Positions 51,563 to 64,000 of a DNA stretch of 64,000 nucleotides are shown one piece after another. Position numbers and translations under genes: made by a program. This stretch comes from Paraspadella gotoi (lineage: Eukaryota > Animalia > Chaetognatha): contig CM119263.1 of the NCBI GenBank assembly GCA_051294375.1, forward strand, positions 78,943-142,942. Reading direction: 5' to 3'. Position 1 is the first letter of the stretch. The number at the start of each line of letters is the position of its first letter. The notes under the pieces are model-generated. The model worked only from the letters and a program-made list of their open reading frames with translations. It did no database searches and had not been told where the DNA came from.

Positions 51563-53132
51563 CTGTAAATAACATGTTGCCCTAACTAACCAAATTTTTT
51601 TCGAGCGCACGTACTGGGAGGCGATCATCATTAGCATCCATGCGCTCAATGTTACCATAAAATTTGCAGGGTCATTAACGTACTATCTATTTACTTATGC
51701 GTTCCATTTTTGAATATCTAATTATAAAGCTAAAACTCAAAATAAATTTTTAATACCAAAATCTCTTCAAAAATATAAAAAACAAATTTCATTTTTTTAA
51801 AAATTGTTTTCATTGGAAAATTTTGAATAATATATATAAAGTGTATAAACATGTTTAAATTATTTGGATAATAACATTTCTTTTCAAAAAAATCAAGCAT
51901 CAACTATTTTTTTGTTTAAATTCTTTTAATAAAGGGCTATTTCAAATCAAATAAATAGTTTATTTTATAATTTTAAAATAATTTTTTATATTATTTTAAA
52001 GGTTTAAATTTTGAAAATCGTTGATGCAAAAGACTTTGTCTTTTAATCTTCAAATAATTGCAAACACCACGAAAGAAAGTTTAATCATAATATATTATTT
52101 ACAAAATCTTTATTTTATTTTTTGTTTATGCTTTAATAGTATTATAAATATAAAATACCTAAAAACAAAAACATTTCTTTGTCATCTGGAAAAAGTTTTT
52201 GCGCTTCTTGGAATTCTGCAACAGCAGCAAAAACTAAAAATAAAAAAAAAAACAAGAATAGCTATTTTTAAAAAATTGCCACCAATAACTATGTTTAATA
52301 ATTTTAATTTATATAAATATATTTCCAATAATGCATAAAAATTATAAATATAAAATAATATTATTAAAAGTCAAATAGCTTACATATCTGCTAATAAAAA
52401 ATCATAATAACTACTATTATATCAATTTATTATATTCAAATATAAAATATACTGTACTAACCAGAACTTACTTAATAAAAAAGCTCAACAATTATCTTAC
52501 GTATTTTTTTCATGCATCATCATTTTATGGCAAAGCGAAAAAGGAAGAGTTGACTAAAAGCCTAGAAGGTCTATAACCAGGGTTTTTTAATTGCAGATCG
52601 ATTCAAAAAAAAAAAAGTAAAAGATGGGAATAGAAAATAACAAAAGTAAAGACTGACAGACCGACTAGTAAACTTTATTATGAAATATATCTATAAGGTA
52701 ATATAAAATAGCCTATTTAAAGTTAAAATAACTTAAAAAAATATAAGGATACAAAAAAGAATTTAAAAAAAAGGGGGAAAATACAAAAACAATCCATCTG
52801 ATTCCAAGAACCAATTCTATCCTAATTAAAAAAGTAAGGTTTAACGTTTTTTTAAATTTGTAACAATAATAAAAACATTCATGTTCACAACATATCGGGC
52901 CCTATTAGTTTGACGAGCAGAGTTTTTTTTAAAGGCTTTTTGGTAAGTGTATCGCATTAGCCATACCAGGTTAAGTTTTAGAAATGAGATCCCCCAAACA
53001 AAATTCATATTGAGGCTCAAGCTATCTGTAAACCAACCGGCATGCCTTGTCCAAAAATTGAGCCTCCACCCCATAATATTACCAAAAACCGTCTCTGGAG
53101 TATCTTCTCTCTCTCTCTCTCTCTCTTCTCTC

Positions 53133-53175
<43 letters not shown>

Positions 53176-53177
<2 letters not shown>

Positions 53178-54346
53178 GTGTTTCTTCCTTCTATCTTTTT
53201 GGATAACCCTTTCCACGAGTACTACTATTATTCGAACAATGCCGGAAGCTTGCCGCCGAAGCTGCCCAGCAGACCATAAAAATCCCATTAATACCGAATG
53301 CTTGTCTCGGCAAAAAAAGAAATGAGAAGCAAATCACTTTTCAAAATTTTAATTGAAAAACTGAGGAATTTCGTCACGAGAAATTCGAGGATAAAATTAG
53401 TAGGAAAAGAGACAAAGAAACTTGAAGGTGAAAATTGGGAAACAAACTGGTATTAGGAAAAGTGGGAATTAGGAAAGTTGGATTAGGAAAAATGGGAATT
53501 AGGAAAAGTGGGAATTAGGAAAAATGGGAATTAGGAAAAGTGGGAATTAGAAATGGGAATTAGAAAAGTGGGAATTAGGAAAAGTGGGATTAGGAAAAGG
53601 GGAATTAGAAAGAGTGGGAAATAGGAAAAGTGGGTATTAGGAAAAGTGGGTATTAGGAAAAATGGGAATTAGGAAAGGTGGGTTTAGGAAAAGTAGAAAC
53701 TAGGAAAAGTGTGTATTAGGAAAAATGGGAATTAGGAAAGGTGGGTTTTAAGGAAAAGTAGAAACTAGAAAAGTTGGAATAAGAAAATTGGGAATTAGAA
53801 AAAGCGAGAATTAGAAAAAGCGGAATTATGAGAATAAAAATCAATCTTGAATTGAATTGAATTGAATTGAATAAAATCAATCTGAATTGAATTGGAATTG
53901 AATTGAATTGAATAAAATCAATCTTGATTTAATTGAATTGAATTGAATTGGGACTTAGAGTTACATAACTAAAAAGTTAAATGGATTGAGTTATAAAGAA
54001 AATTTTAATACGAACCATAGAAGCAAATTAACACAATTAAAATATTAGTGAAAATCAAGAAAACAAAAATGAAATTGAAAAAAAATGGTTTTGATATTTA
54101 AAATAGTAATCGAGAGCGAATATCGTTATCGAGAAGAGAAATTGAGAAGCGGAAGCTATGATCGAGAAGCGGAGCAAGAGCGGAAGAGAGAAGCGGAAGA
54201 GAGAGAGAGAACGGCAGAGGAGAAGCGAAAAGAGAAGCGACTCTGAGTTAGGCGATCGAAACAGAGATAAAAAAGAAATTTCTTTCATAACGAGTTTTCC
54301 TCTTTCTTTTTTCTCAAACGGTGGGAATTTCTATTCTGTGAGCAAG

Positions 54347-54397
<51 letters not shown>

Positions 54398-55190
54398 GAG
54401 AATGAGGACGAGAGAGAGAGAGAAGAAGAGAAAGACGAGAAGAGAGAGAAGAGAGAGAGATGAGATGGAGAAAGAGACGAGAGGCAGAGGAGACGGGACG
54501 AGAGAAGAGAGAGCAGAGAAGAGAGAGAGAGAGAGGAGAGAGAAGGATGAGAGAAGGAGGAAAGGAAGTACGGAGAGAAGGAGAGAGGAGTGAGAGAAAA
54601 GAGAGAGCAGAGAGAGATGAGAGAAGAGAGAGAGAGGAGGCCGAGCACGAGAGAGAAGCAGAGAGAAAGAGAGAGAGATGAGGGAGAGAGAGTGAGAGCA
54701 CAAAGAGAGAGAGAGGAGAAAAGAGAGGAGAGAGCAGAAAAGAGAGAAGAGAGAGAGAGAGAAGAAGAGAGAAGACGATTGGGACTGTCGGAAGGAACGG
54801 CAGATGACACAAACAAGAGCGGACTGACAAAACAAATAGAAAAAACACCGAAAGAAGACTAATGACTAAACTAATATTATCTTCTGATCATTAAAGATCG
54901 CACTAAACTTACGAACGACTTGAGAAAATAGCATGTAAAATCATACTATCTTTTTGCCAAAAAAAAAAAAAAAAACCTTTTTTTTATTTATTCAGATTGA
55001 GATTGGAAACGAAATCTGTCAAAAGTTGTTGAAAGATAAGAATAAAAGGTTTTTTCGGTATTTCGTGGTTTGAACTGCCGCAAGGCGCGTTGTTTTCATT
55101 TCGTTGTACGTGACGCCTGGAAAAAGATAAAGATTGAACCCCGTGCGTTAAAATACATCTACACCCTCTCTCTCTCTCTCTCTTCTCCTC
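53176..55190 (-). repeat. Block Y', inverted copy of 41276-43226
   Basis: Reverse complement of Y, including the 16-bp and TTGAA arrays. Bounded by (CT)n tracts. Confidence 0.95.
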
Positions 55191-55312
55191 TTTCTCTTTT
55201 TTTTTTTTGTTAATTATAATTTCAGCGATGGACTACCTGCCTGTTATGTTTATTTTTTCTTATCGGTGTTTCTTTTTCAAATCTTGGTCCAGTCTCTCTC
55301 TCCTCTCTCTCT

Positions 55313-55379
<67 letters not shown>

Positions 55380-55382
<3 letters not shown>

Positions 55383-57237
55383 CATTTTCCGTGTTCTAAT
55401 CTCTCTCTGAGGCATGGAGATCCCAACACATCCGCTTTTCGTACTTCAACTTTTTTCTGGGTGATTCGTACCTTATTTTTTCGGCCGCCGATAGGGAAAA
55501 TCTGTTCCAGCGTCATCTTTGGCCAGGGATTTCTCCATTTGTTTGATGTCACTCTCTTTTCAGGAGTTCAAAGCGACGATGGGGAAGGTTCGCTTAGAGT
55601 AAAATGAAAACAAATTTGTAGTATATGATTCATAAGCTTCAGTAACATTTAGAATCTTTGATTATAATACGTTATAATATTTTTTTTAAATAATAGTATT
55701 TATTTAACTGTATTTCATTCGATCTTTATTTATTAAAATAGTAGTAAACTTCGCCTTATCAACCAAATTTTTCGTTAGTTATTATTAAATCCATTCCGAA
55801 GTTTATTTACTATGTAGCAATCTAATGTTTGTTTTTTTCTTTAAACTTATTTTCCCTATACTAAATATCATTAAACTCGCGGACAAAAGTTTGTGCTCGC
55901 CGGGAAAAGCTTGTCTCTCTTTTCAAATTTAAATTATGGTGGTTTTTATTCTGAAAATCCGCCATTTGATTAAGTCCTGCAGCAACAATAAACAGGAGAG
56001 GCAAAAACAAAAGAGCCACAATGGACGAGTCGCTTGGAAAATAGTAATTCTTTATTTGTTATAAATGCCGGAATGAGAAATAAAAGGGAAAGTGGAGAAG
56101 AGAAAAATGCAGGGTAAGTGAAAGAAGTAGAATTGCAGCGCAGGGGAATCGCTGAAATAGGTAAGTATAAAAAAGCAGTGATGACATTGAACTGCACCAA
56201 AAAATGCTGTTGATATTCGCGATAGCGGAAGCGAAGTTAGTATGAGAGATTAATTTAATTATTTCATTTATTAATATCTTTGTGCTTTTTTCATCCATTC
56301 CTATGTTCACTACTCATCTCCTTCCCCGTAACTATCTTCATCCCAAAACCATCTCCTAACCAGATCTAAACCCATCTCTGACTATCTCTAACCATCCAAT
56401 AACCATTCTCCCACATCTTCCAACGATCTTTAACCATCTCTAACCAGCTCTAGCCATTTATTACATCTCTAGCTATCTCTAGGCCATCTCCAATCACATT
56501 CAACCATCCTCCCCCAACCTTAAATTCTCACTTTTATATCAGCGAAAGATTTACGAACGAACACTGACGGATTTTTTTTGAACGGTCAAGATTTTATCTT
56601 TGGATAACGATTTAAACAAACAATATTGGCCACTCACTCCTTGTCCCTCGCCTTGCCCACTCACTCCTTGTCCCTCGCCTTTCGCCCACTCACTCCTTGT
56701 CCCTCACCTTTTGGCCACTCCACTCGTTATCCCATCGCCCTTTGCCACTCACCCCTGTCCCTCGCCTTTGCCACTCACTCCTTGGTTCCCTTCGCCTTTG
56801 GCCACTCAACTCCTATGTTCCCTCGCCTTTGCCCACTCACTCCTTGTCCCTCGCCTTTGCCCCACTTCACTGCCTTGTCCCCTCGCCTTGCCACTCACTC
56901 CTTGTCCCTCGCCTTTTGCCACTCACTCCTTGTCCCTCGCCTTTGCCACTCACCCTTGTCCCTCCGCGCTTCGCTACGTAATAAGTCCCTCACTTCGTTA
57001 TTTGTTTTCCCACATCCCCCTGCTAGATTACTGGCCTCTCTCTTCTCTCTCTCTATCCTCTCTCTCTCCTCTCTCTCTCTCTCTTCTTTGCTCTCTCCTC
57101 TCTTCTCTTCTTCTCTCTCTCTCTCTTCTCTCTCTCTCTCTTCTCTCTCTTCCTCTCTCTCTCTCTTCTCCCTCACGATTTTCGCTTAAGTTTTTCGTTC
57201 TCCTTGTTCCAGCTTGGTCGAATGGGTAATTTGTTGT

Positions 57238-57322
<85 letters not shown>

Positions 57323-57457
57323 ACCTCTGTCTCTGTCCTCCATCTCCCGCCCTCTCTCGGTCATGTCTCCTCTCTGGCGCCAGAGAGATTCTCGTCAAAA
57401 AAACGTTTCTTCTTTTCATTCCTTTTCCCCTCCTCTCTCTCTCTACTACTCTCTCTC

Positions 57458-57509
<52 letters not shown>

Positions 57510-59250
57510 CTTCACGGGATTCGATCAGACCAACAATTCAATTCACCGCCCTTATTTATTTTTCAATTATTTTTCACCTTTAAATTTCGTTTCTTATTTA
57601 TAGAACTCTTTCTTAACTATTCCCATTTCTTCACTATTCCCATTTCTCGACGACCGACGACGACGGACCGACGACCGACGACCGACACCGACCGACCGAC
57701 GACGACCGAAACCGACGACGACCGACGGACGACCGACCGACGGACGGACCACGACGACGACCGACGACCGACGACCGCACCGCACCGGACCGACGACGAC
57801 CGAACGACCGGACGACCGACCGACGATCCGACGACGACCGGACCGACGGACCGCACGACGGACCGACGACCGACGACGACCGACGACCGAACAACGACGA
57901 CGGACTCTCCCAGTAAATGACGTCGACATTCTTGATTCTTGAGTCAACATTTTTCAAATTTTTGTCTCGCTAATTGACTCATGTCACTCAGCGCTCTCCT
58001 TCCTGGTTCCCGATCCCTGCACTCACTTCAAACCCTCCCTCACCCCCTGGGCTTCCACCCCCGGGTTCCCACGCCGGGTCCCACCACCGGCGTCCCCACC
58101 CCCGGCGCCTCCCACCCCGCGGTTTCTACCCCCGCCCTCAACCCTTTCTTCGGCGTCGAATTTTGACGTAGACCGACGACCGATCCTTTTTTCCGTCTCG
58201 GTATTTGGTCCTGGTGGGCACGGGATCGGCGAATAGGCCGGAAGGCGGAGGGAATGAGGGAGAGAGAGAGAGAGAAAGAGAGAGAGAGACACAAGAGAGA
58301 GAGAGAGAGAGAGGAGAGACGGAGAAGGAGGAGACGAGAAGAGCAGGGATCGGAGAGAAATGAGATCGAGAGAGCATGAGAGAGCGAGACGAACGAGAAC
58401 CGGCAGAGAGATGAGAGGAGTGCAGCAGATGGGGAAAGTGAACGGACGGGAATTTTCAGAGGCCAAAAAATGTCGAAACTTGCGACGAAAATAATTAGGA
58501 AGAAAATTGTGGGGAAAGAAGATCGAGCTTTAGAGAGAAGAAAAATGCAAGACTATTGAAGATAAAGGCTTTATTTTTCAAGACGTGCCCCAGTATCTGG
58601 TTCGTTTTCTTTTAATTCAATGATTTAACCTAAATACTAATCCCCCAACCATAATCCATAATTGCCTAAATCCTTAACCCTAATATACTCTTTTACCTTA
58701 ACCTTCGGAAAACCTAATCTTTTAACTTAATCTTTAACTTGATTTCTTAAATTTAAGATTCAAATTGGGCATGCTCGGAAAATAGGCTGAAAAAGTATTG
58801 TTTTGGACTAATAACTATGGAATGATTATGAGGATGATTGAATTCAGAAAGAAAGTATAAGTCAAGTTTAATTTGAAAAATATTCCCGACCTTTAGAATT
58901 GTGCTGAAAGTTATGTTTTGAATTTAAAATAAATATTCGGTTAAATAACATTAGAGATTGAAGTAATGATCCTCAAGACAAAGAAATGAAAAAGTGGATG
59001 AAGATCAAATCTTCCTTGTTTTCAACTGTTAACCAAAAGAAAAAATATAATAATGAAATTTTCCTTTTTACTCGAAAAAAACGAATGCCAAACTTTTTCT
59101 TCGTCAGGAATGCTAAAATCAGGATCGAGTTTCAAGAGGAATCTGTAGATTATATTTCTAAAAACAAGAAGCGGTAATTCAAATGTGTTGCGCCGCAGTT
59201 ACTGCCTTATCTCATGTATTTCTCGCTAAACTTGACGTGACATGACATGA
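55380..59250 (-). repeat. Block X', inverted copy of 34730-39195
   Basis: Reverse complement of X with many indels and different array sizes. Confidence 0.93.
56628..56965 (+). repeat. ~27-bp minisatellite GCCACTCACTCCTTGTCCCTCGCCTTT
   Basis: About a dozen tandem units. Only one unit is present at the equivalent site of block X (37953-37982). Confidence 0.93.
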
Positions 59251-59988
59251 AATGCACTATATCTCTCTCTTTTCGTTATAAAACTATGTGTATTTGTATT
59301 TTTGTCAATTTAAAGAAGGAAAAAAGAGTTGTATCTGTTACGTTTGTATTGTTGTTTGTACAATGTACTATGTACATACGTTCGAAAAAAATAACCCAAA
59401 ACAATTAGGTCAATAAAAGAAACATTAAAGATTGATGAAAATAGTTTTCATTTCGTTTTATAAAAAATTATTTGTGGATGAATTAACTTTTTATAAATGG
59501 TCAAATTTTTGTATTAAAAAAATGAAGAAATGAAGCAATTTGAATTTTGATTCCATCTAAATTTAACGACGAAATAAAATCTTTTGATAAAAAATTTAAA
59601 ATTTTCTTTTCAAACGAAAAAAATTCGACGTCGGAAAAATTTTACTTTTTACCAACTCGGGATCCGCGTGCACGCCGCATGTAGTAGCGTGCAACGTGCG
59701 TGCGACGGAACGACGAAGGACGCGACGTCGCGAAACGCGTCCCGTGACGGAAAGGCGTTCGAACGCGCGACTTCCGGTTGACGAGACGCGGGCGCGCGTT
59801 GAGGACATAAGTGGGCGTGGTTGTGTGGTCGGATTGTGGGGGAAGAATTGCGGTTTTTAATTGGGTCGACGGAAAAAAGAAGGTAAGTTTAAAAGGGAGG
59901 ATTATAGTTATGAGGTTTGACAGCTGGTGAGTGATTTAGCTGAAAAGAGACCTATGTGGCAATTATAATAATTGCCACACCTACTCAT

Positions 59989-60602
59989 TAAGGCGTGGTG
60001 AAAGTTACATACGAAAATTTCTAAAAGTCAATTATGAACAACATACCATCAGTGAACATTTTTGTTAAAAAAAATTAATTTTTTTTGTTTTTTGATTTTC
60101 GCAGTAGGCTATATTTATATATAGTACTATCCTTAAAAAATAAAAAAAAATTAAAAATAGGCTTTTCTTAATTTTGATGCAGATTTGAATTTCTCGTCAA
60201 AAGTTGATAAAAGAAAATATAAATCATTTATTAAAAATTCTTTTATTAAGTGGGTTAAAAATTAAAAAAACTACATTTAATATATAAAAAAATTAATTTT
60301 CAGCTTAAAATATAGCTTTTTCTAATTTTTTACCCACTTAATGAAGGAATTTTTCAAAAAGAGTTATATTTCTTTTTAACAACTTTTTATGACGAATCCA
60401 AATCTGCCCAAAAATCTTAGAAAAAACTGTTTTAAAATTTTAACATTTATTGGTTTAGTACTAGTATAAATATGGCCTACTGCGTAAATTGTAAAATTTA
60501 TTATAAATTTTTTTATGCATAAATATTCATAAGTAAAATGTTGTTCGTTCCTCACTTTTAGATTTTAATTAAAGTTAAACTTAGGAATTTTACTACGCCT
60601 TA
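59989..60602 (+). mobile_element. hAT-type MITE, 614 bp (mirror of 48162-48775)
   Basis: CTACTCAT|TAAGGCGTGGTGAAA...TTTTACTACGCCTTA|CTACTCAT. Confidence 0.85.
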
Positions 60603-63208
60603 CTACTCATTGTTTGAGATGGATTAGAACTGAAGTCTTTGAGCGGGAAGAATAAGAGGAAAAGAGACGAACTCATTGTTTAAGATGGATTAGAACTGAA
60701 GCCTTTGAGGGAAGAATAGAAGAGGAAAGGAGAAAAAATGTATAAAGGGAAGACTTTGCCTTAAGGCGAATGAATTAAGGGAAACCAAATGAGAATAAGA
60801 TATTAGAGAATGTGTGAGACCTAACCTTGACTTACCCTGTCAAGAGGAAGAGGAAGTGGCCTTACCTTACCCAAGCGCCGGCGCTGACGTCTGGCGGTCG
60901 ATTAGTTAAAACCGTAAAAGGAAAGGAAAATAAAAGACAAAAGCTAATCAGGCCAAGAGGCGTCGGGAGGGAACAAAAAAAAAGGGAAACGACTGAAGGA
61001 AAAAGTGGAGATAATTGGTAGGAAAAAGATAGACGGAAACGTGGTAAGGGGGAGGTGGAGAAGGTAGGAAAAATGGGGAGAATGAAAAAAAGAAAGAAAA
61101 CAAGAAAGGTAATTAAAAAACTGAGTTGCGCCGTGTACTTTCGACAAGCACTGCGTCGGAATTTCATCATTTATTAAGTTAAAATCAAAAGGTAGCGCCA
61201 GCAGTATCTTCGATTCGAAATACGTACTTTCCGAGTCAATGAGAATAATAAAAGCGCAACCAAAAATCATGTAATCGCTTTTTAAGGTCATCACGTGACT
61301 TCACAAATACGATATAATTATGCTACCTTACTATAAAACTAAAAAGTGAGTTGTATATATACAATAAAAGCAGAAAAAGTGGTGAAAGTTAAGAGAAAGA
61401 ACCGGAAGTAAGGTAAGGAAAAACGAGGAGCAGGTAAGACGCAGTAAAATGAGGAAAACAAGGAAAAAAGAAAGAAAAAATGGAAAAGGAAAAAAGGAGG
61501 AAAGAGAAAGGAAAAAAAGAAAAAAAGAAGGAAATGAAAAAAGGAGAAAAGGAAAAAAATGAGGAAAGGAAAAAAGGAGGGAAGGAACAAAGGAGGATAG
61601 GAAAAATTGAAGAAAGGAAAAAAAGAGGAAAGAAAAAAGAAGAAAAGGAACAAAGAAAGAAAAAAATGAGGAAGAGAAAAAGGGAGGAAAGGAAAAAAAA
61701 GAAAAGAAAAAAAGGAGGAAAGAAAAAATTAGGAAAGGAAAAAAGGAGGAAAGGTAAGAAAGAAAGAAAAAAAGGAGGAAAGGAAAATAAACCGAAGTCG
61801 TAAAGGAGAGAAAACCGACGCCAAAAGCACATCTAGGTAAGAAAAGGCGTTTCTCATATTCTAGACAGTTTTAACGCATTTTACTGGCCTCTTCGTTTCG
61901 TTTCGACTATTTTGAAATTGAGCTCCTTCTTTTTATAGACGCTATTTCAATCGACCACGAATTATTTTGAACCGCGGGAGAGTAAGAAATGGATAGGAAT
62001 TGGATAGAATTGGGTAGGATGGGATAAGATAGAGGATAGACAAGAGAGTAAGATAGACAAGAGAGTAAGAAAGGGACAGGAATTGTACAGAATTGGGTGA
62101 AGAGAGTGAAGAGAAAATGAATTAGAGAGGTTAAGGAGTTGAATGTAAAAAGGAAAAAAAGAAAGGAAGAAAGAAAATGAAAGGAAAGAGATCGGAGGAG
62201 GAGGAGGAGGAGGAGGAGGAGGAGGAGGAGGAGAAAGGCTTGGGGTGGCAGGAATTAAAATAGTTATACATGTAAATTGAAAAGCTTTGCCGAGAATCTA
62301 AAAAAATTCTTTATTTTGAAGAAAATCAACATTTTTGATTGAGCTTTCGTTGCTTTTATTTCTAAAAATTATTTCGCCTTGTCGCCTAATTTACGATCTT
62401 CCTGGGTATGTAAGTAAATATAACTAACCTGTATAATATGTAGGATTCGGAATATACATTTCGATTAAAGATTATTCGACTTCAATTAAAATTAAACAAT
62501 TAAAAGAGAAGTTTTTCAAGATTTGAGCAGCGGAGGATTGAAACTTAACAAATTAATTTCAAAACAAAAGTACAACGAATTTTATTTTTGGTTGTCAGAG
62601 CTAAATCTTGAACAATTAACAAATTTGTGGTAGATTTTTCAACAGATAGTTTAACCAATAATTGATTAAAGCTTGCGAAAGAAAAATAAGTAAACTAATG
62701 AATGCGTCGACGCGTCGCTCTATTCTCTATTTTCTCTCCCAACTTCATTATGATGCGAACGACGAAGTTTTTTCTATCAAAATCTCGGCGCCTCGGTGGG
62801 TGGAAGAGGATGGCGGCGGCGGCGGCGGCGGTGGCGGCGGTGGTGGGGGCGGTGACGGTGGAGGGGGCGGCGGCGGTGGAGGCGGCGGAGGCGGCGGCGG
62901 TGGAGGCGGCGGAGGCGGCGGCGGTGGAGGCGGCGCCGACATCCTCGGCGGGAAAACCTCAAGGGAATTTTTCAGGATCATGAAAAAAAAAATGAGGAAA
63001 AGGACGAAATGTGTTGTTCGACCCAAATCCTTTCACGAGGATTAATTGTAAAAAAATAAAATAAAAAATAAAAAAGAATTGAAATTGTATAATAAATAAA
63101 ACAAAATGTAGTAGGAAAAAAGAGAACAAACGCTTAAATTTTTAATTTAACTTTTATCGTATAAAATTAAATCTTATATTTTATTAAGATTTTTGACAAT
63201 TGTAAAAT

Positions 63209-63251
<43 letters not shown>

Positions 63252-63770
63252 CCCGCTTTTTTTAAAAGCCTGGATAAATTAAAAAGTCTTTTGAAGAATC
63301 TTTTCGAAGCGCTACTAATTCTTTCTCTCTCTCCCTCTCCCTCTCTCTCTCTACTAATTCTTTTCCGGTTGAAGTCAAATCTAAGGAAAAACTCAAATCG
63401 CAGGATAAAAAGAAAAAAATATTTCGCGACGAAAAATAAAAAAATATTATTCATAAAAAACTAAGAAGAAGGGAAATTCAAATGTCGTTTTGCGCCGAAG
63501 TGACTTTGTTTTCCCGTGTATTTCCTTGTATTTTCGACGCTTACTGGACTTTTATTTTTTATAGTTTAAATTATATTAAAAAAAAACAAAAGGCGGCGCT
63601 AGTAGTCGCTGAGGTTTAAGGTTTTTTCTGTCTTAACAAATGAACAATAAAGCGTAGCAAAAATATTAAAATTAAGTAGAATCAAAATTCGAATAGTAGA
63701 TCATGAACAGGCTTGTACCTGTGAACATTTTTAAATAAAACAAAAATTTAATACGCCCATATTTATACAT

Positions 63771-64000
63771 TAAGGCGTAGTAAAATTTCTAAATTTAACT
63801 TTAATTAAAATTCTAAAAGTGAGGAACGAACAACATTATACTAATAAATATTTATGTATAAAAAAAATTTATAATAAATTTTACAATTTATGCAGTAGGC
63901 CATATTTATACTAGTACAGTAGTACTAATTCAATAAATGTTAAAATTTTTTTAGATTTTTTTTATGTATAAAAAAATTTATAATAAATTTTACAATTTAC
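63771..64000 (-). mobile_element. hAT-type MITE, partial at window edge (mirror of 44219-45028)
   Basis: Starts TAAGGCGTAGTAAAATTT, preceded by TTATACAT. Confidence 0.75.

Larger units (their letters stand above)
59280..64000 (-). repeat. Block W', inverted copy of 44760-49480
   Basis: Reverse complement of W up to the window edge. Confidence 0.95.

Noticed and set aside
59703-59737. GAAACGCGTC with flanking ACGG/CCGT as a fourth hammerhead
   Set aside because: The CTGANGA box is absent in both copies (reads AACGACGA).

Overview
This is a repeat-rich, AT-rich eukaryotic draft scaffold, probably from an invertebrate animal (inference). It is saturated with (AG)n microsatellites and broken by five N gaps: one of 316 N and four of exactly 25 N. 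Roughly 23 kb is redundant. There are direct duplications across gaps (4.65-6.96 kb vs 7.28-9.03 kb; 12.3-20.7 kb vs 20.76-29.1 kb), insertion-riddled raw-read-like copies, and an order-permuted inverted duplication (34.7-49.5 kb vs 53.2-64.0 kb). Much of this is probably long-read gap-filling artefact. Only one protein-coding gene is supportable: an intronless, GC-rich, atypical tetraspanin (33062-33811, minus strand). Nearly all other ORFs in the track are translations of simple repeats. The most interesting non-coding signals are three minimal type I hammerhead-ribozyme-like motifs of the Penelope/retrozyme kind, two of them in a divergent inverted repeat. Also present are a 614-810 bp hAT-type MITE with an exact 8-bp target-site duplication, two different tRNA-derived SINE-like elements and a DINE-1/Helentron-like element. 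I see no prokaryotic system, CRISPR array, rRNA or intact tRNA.
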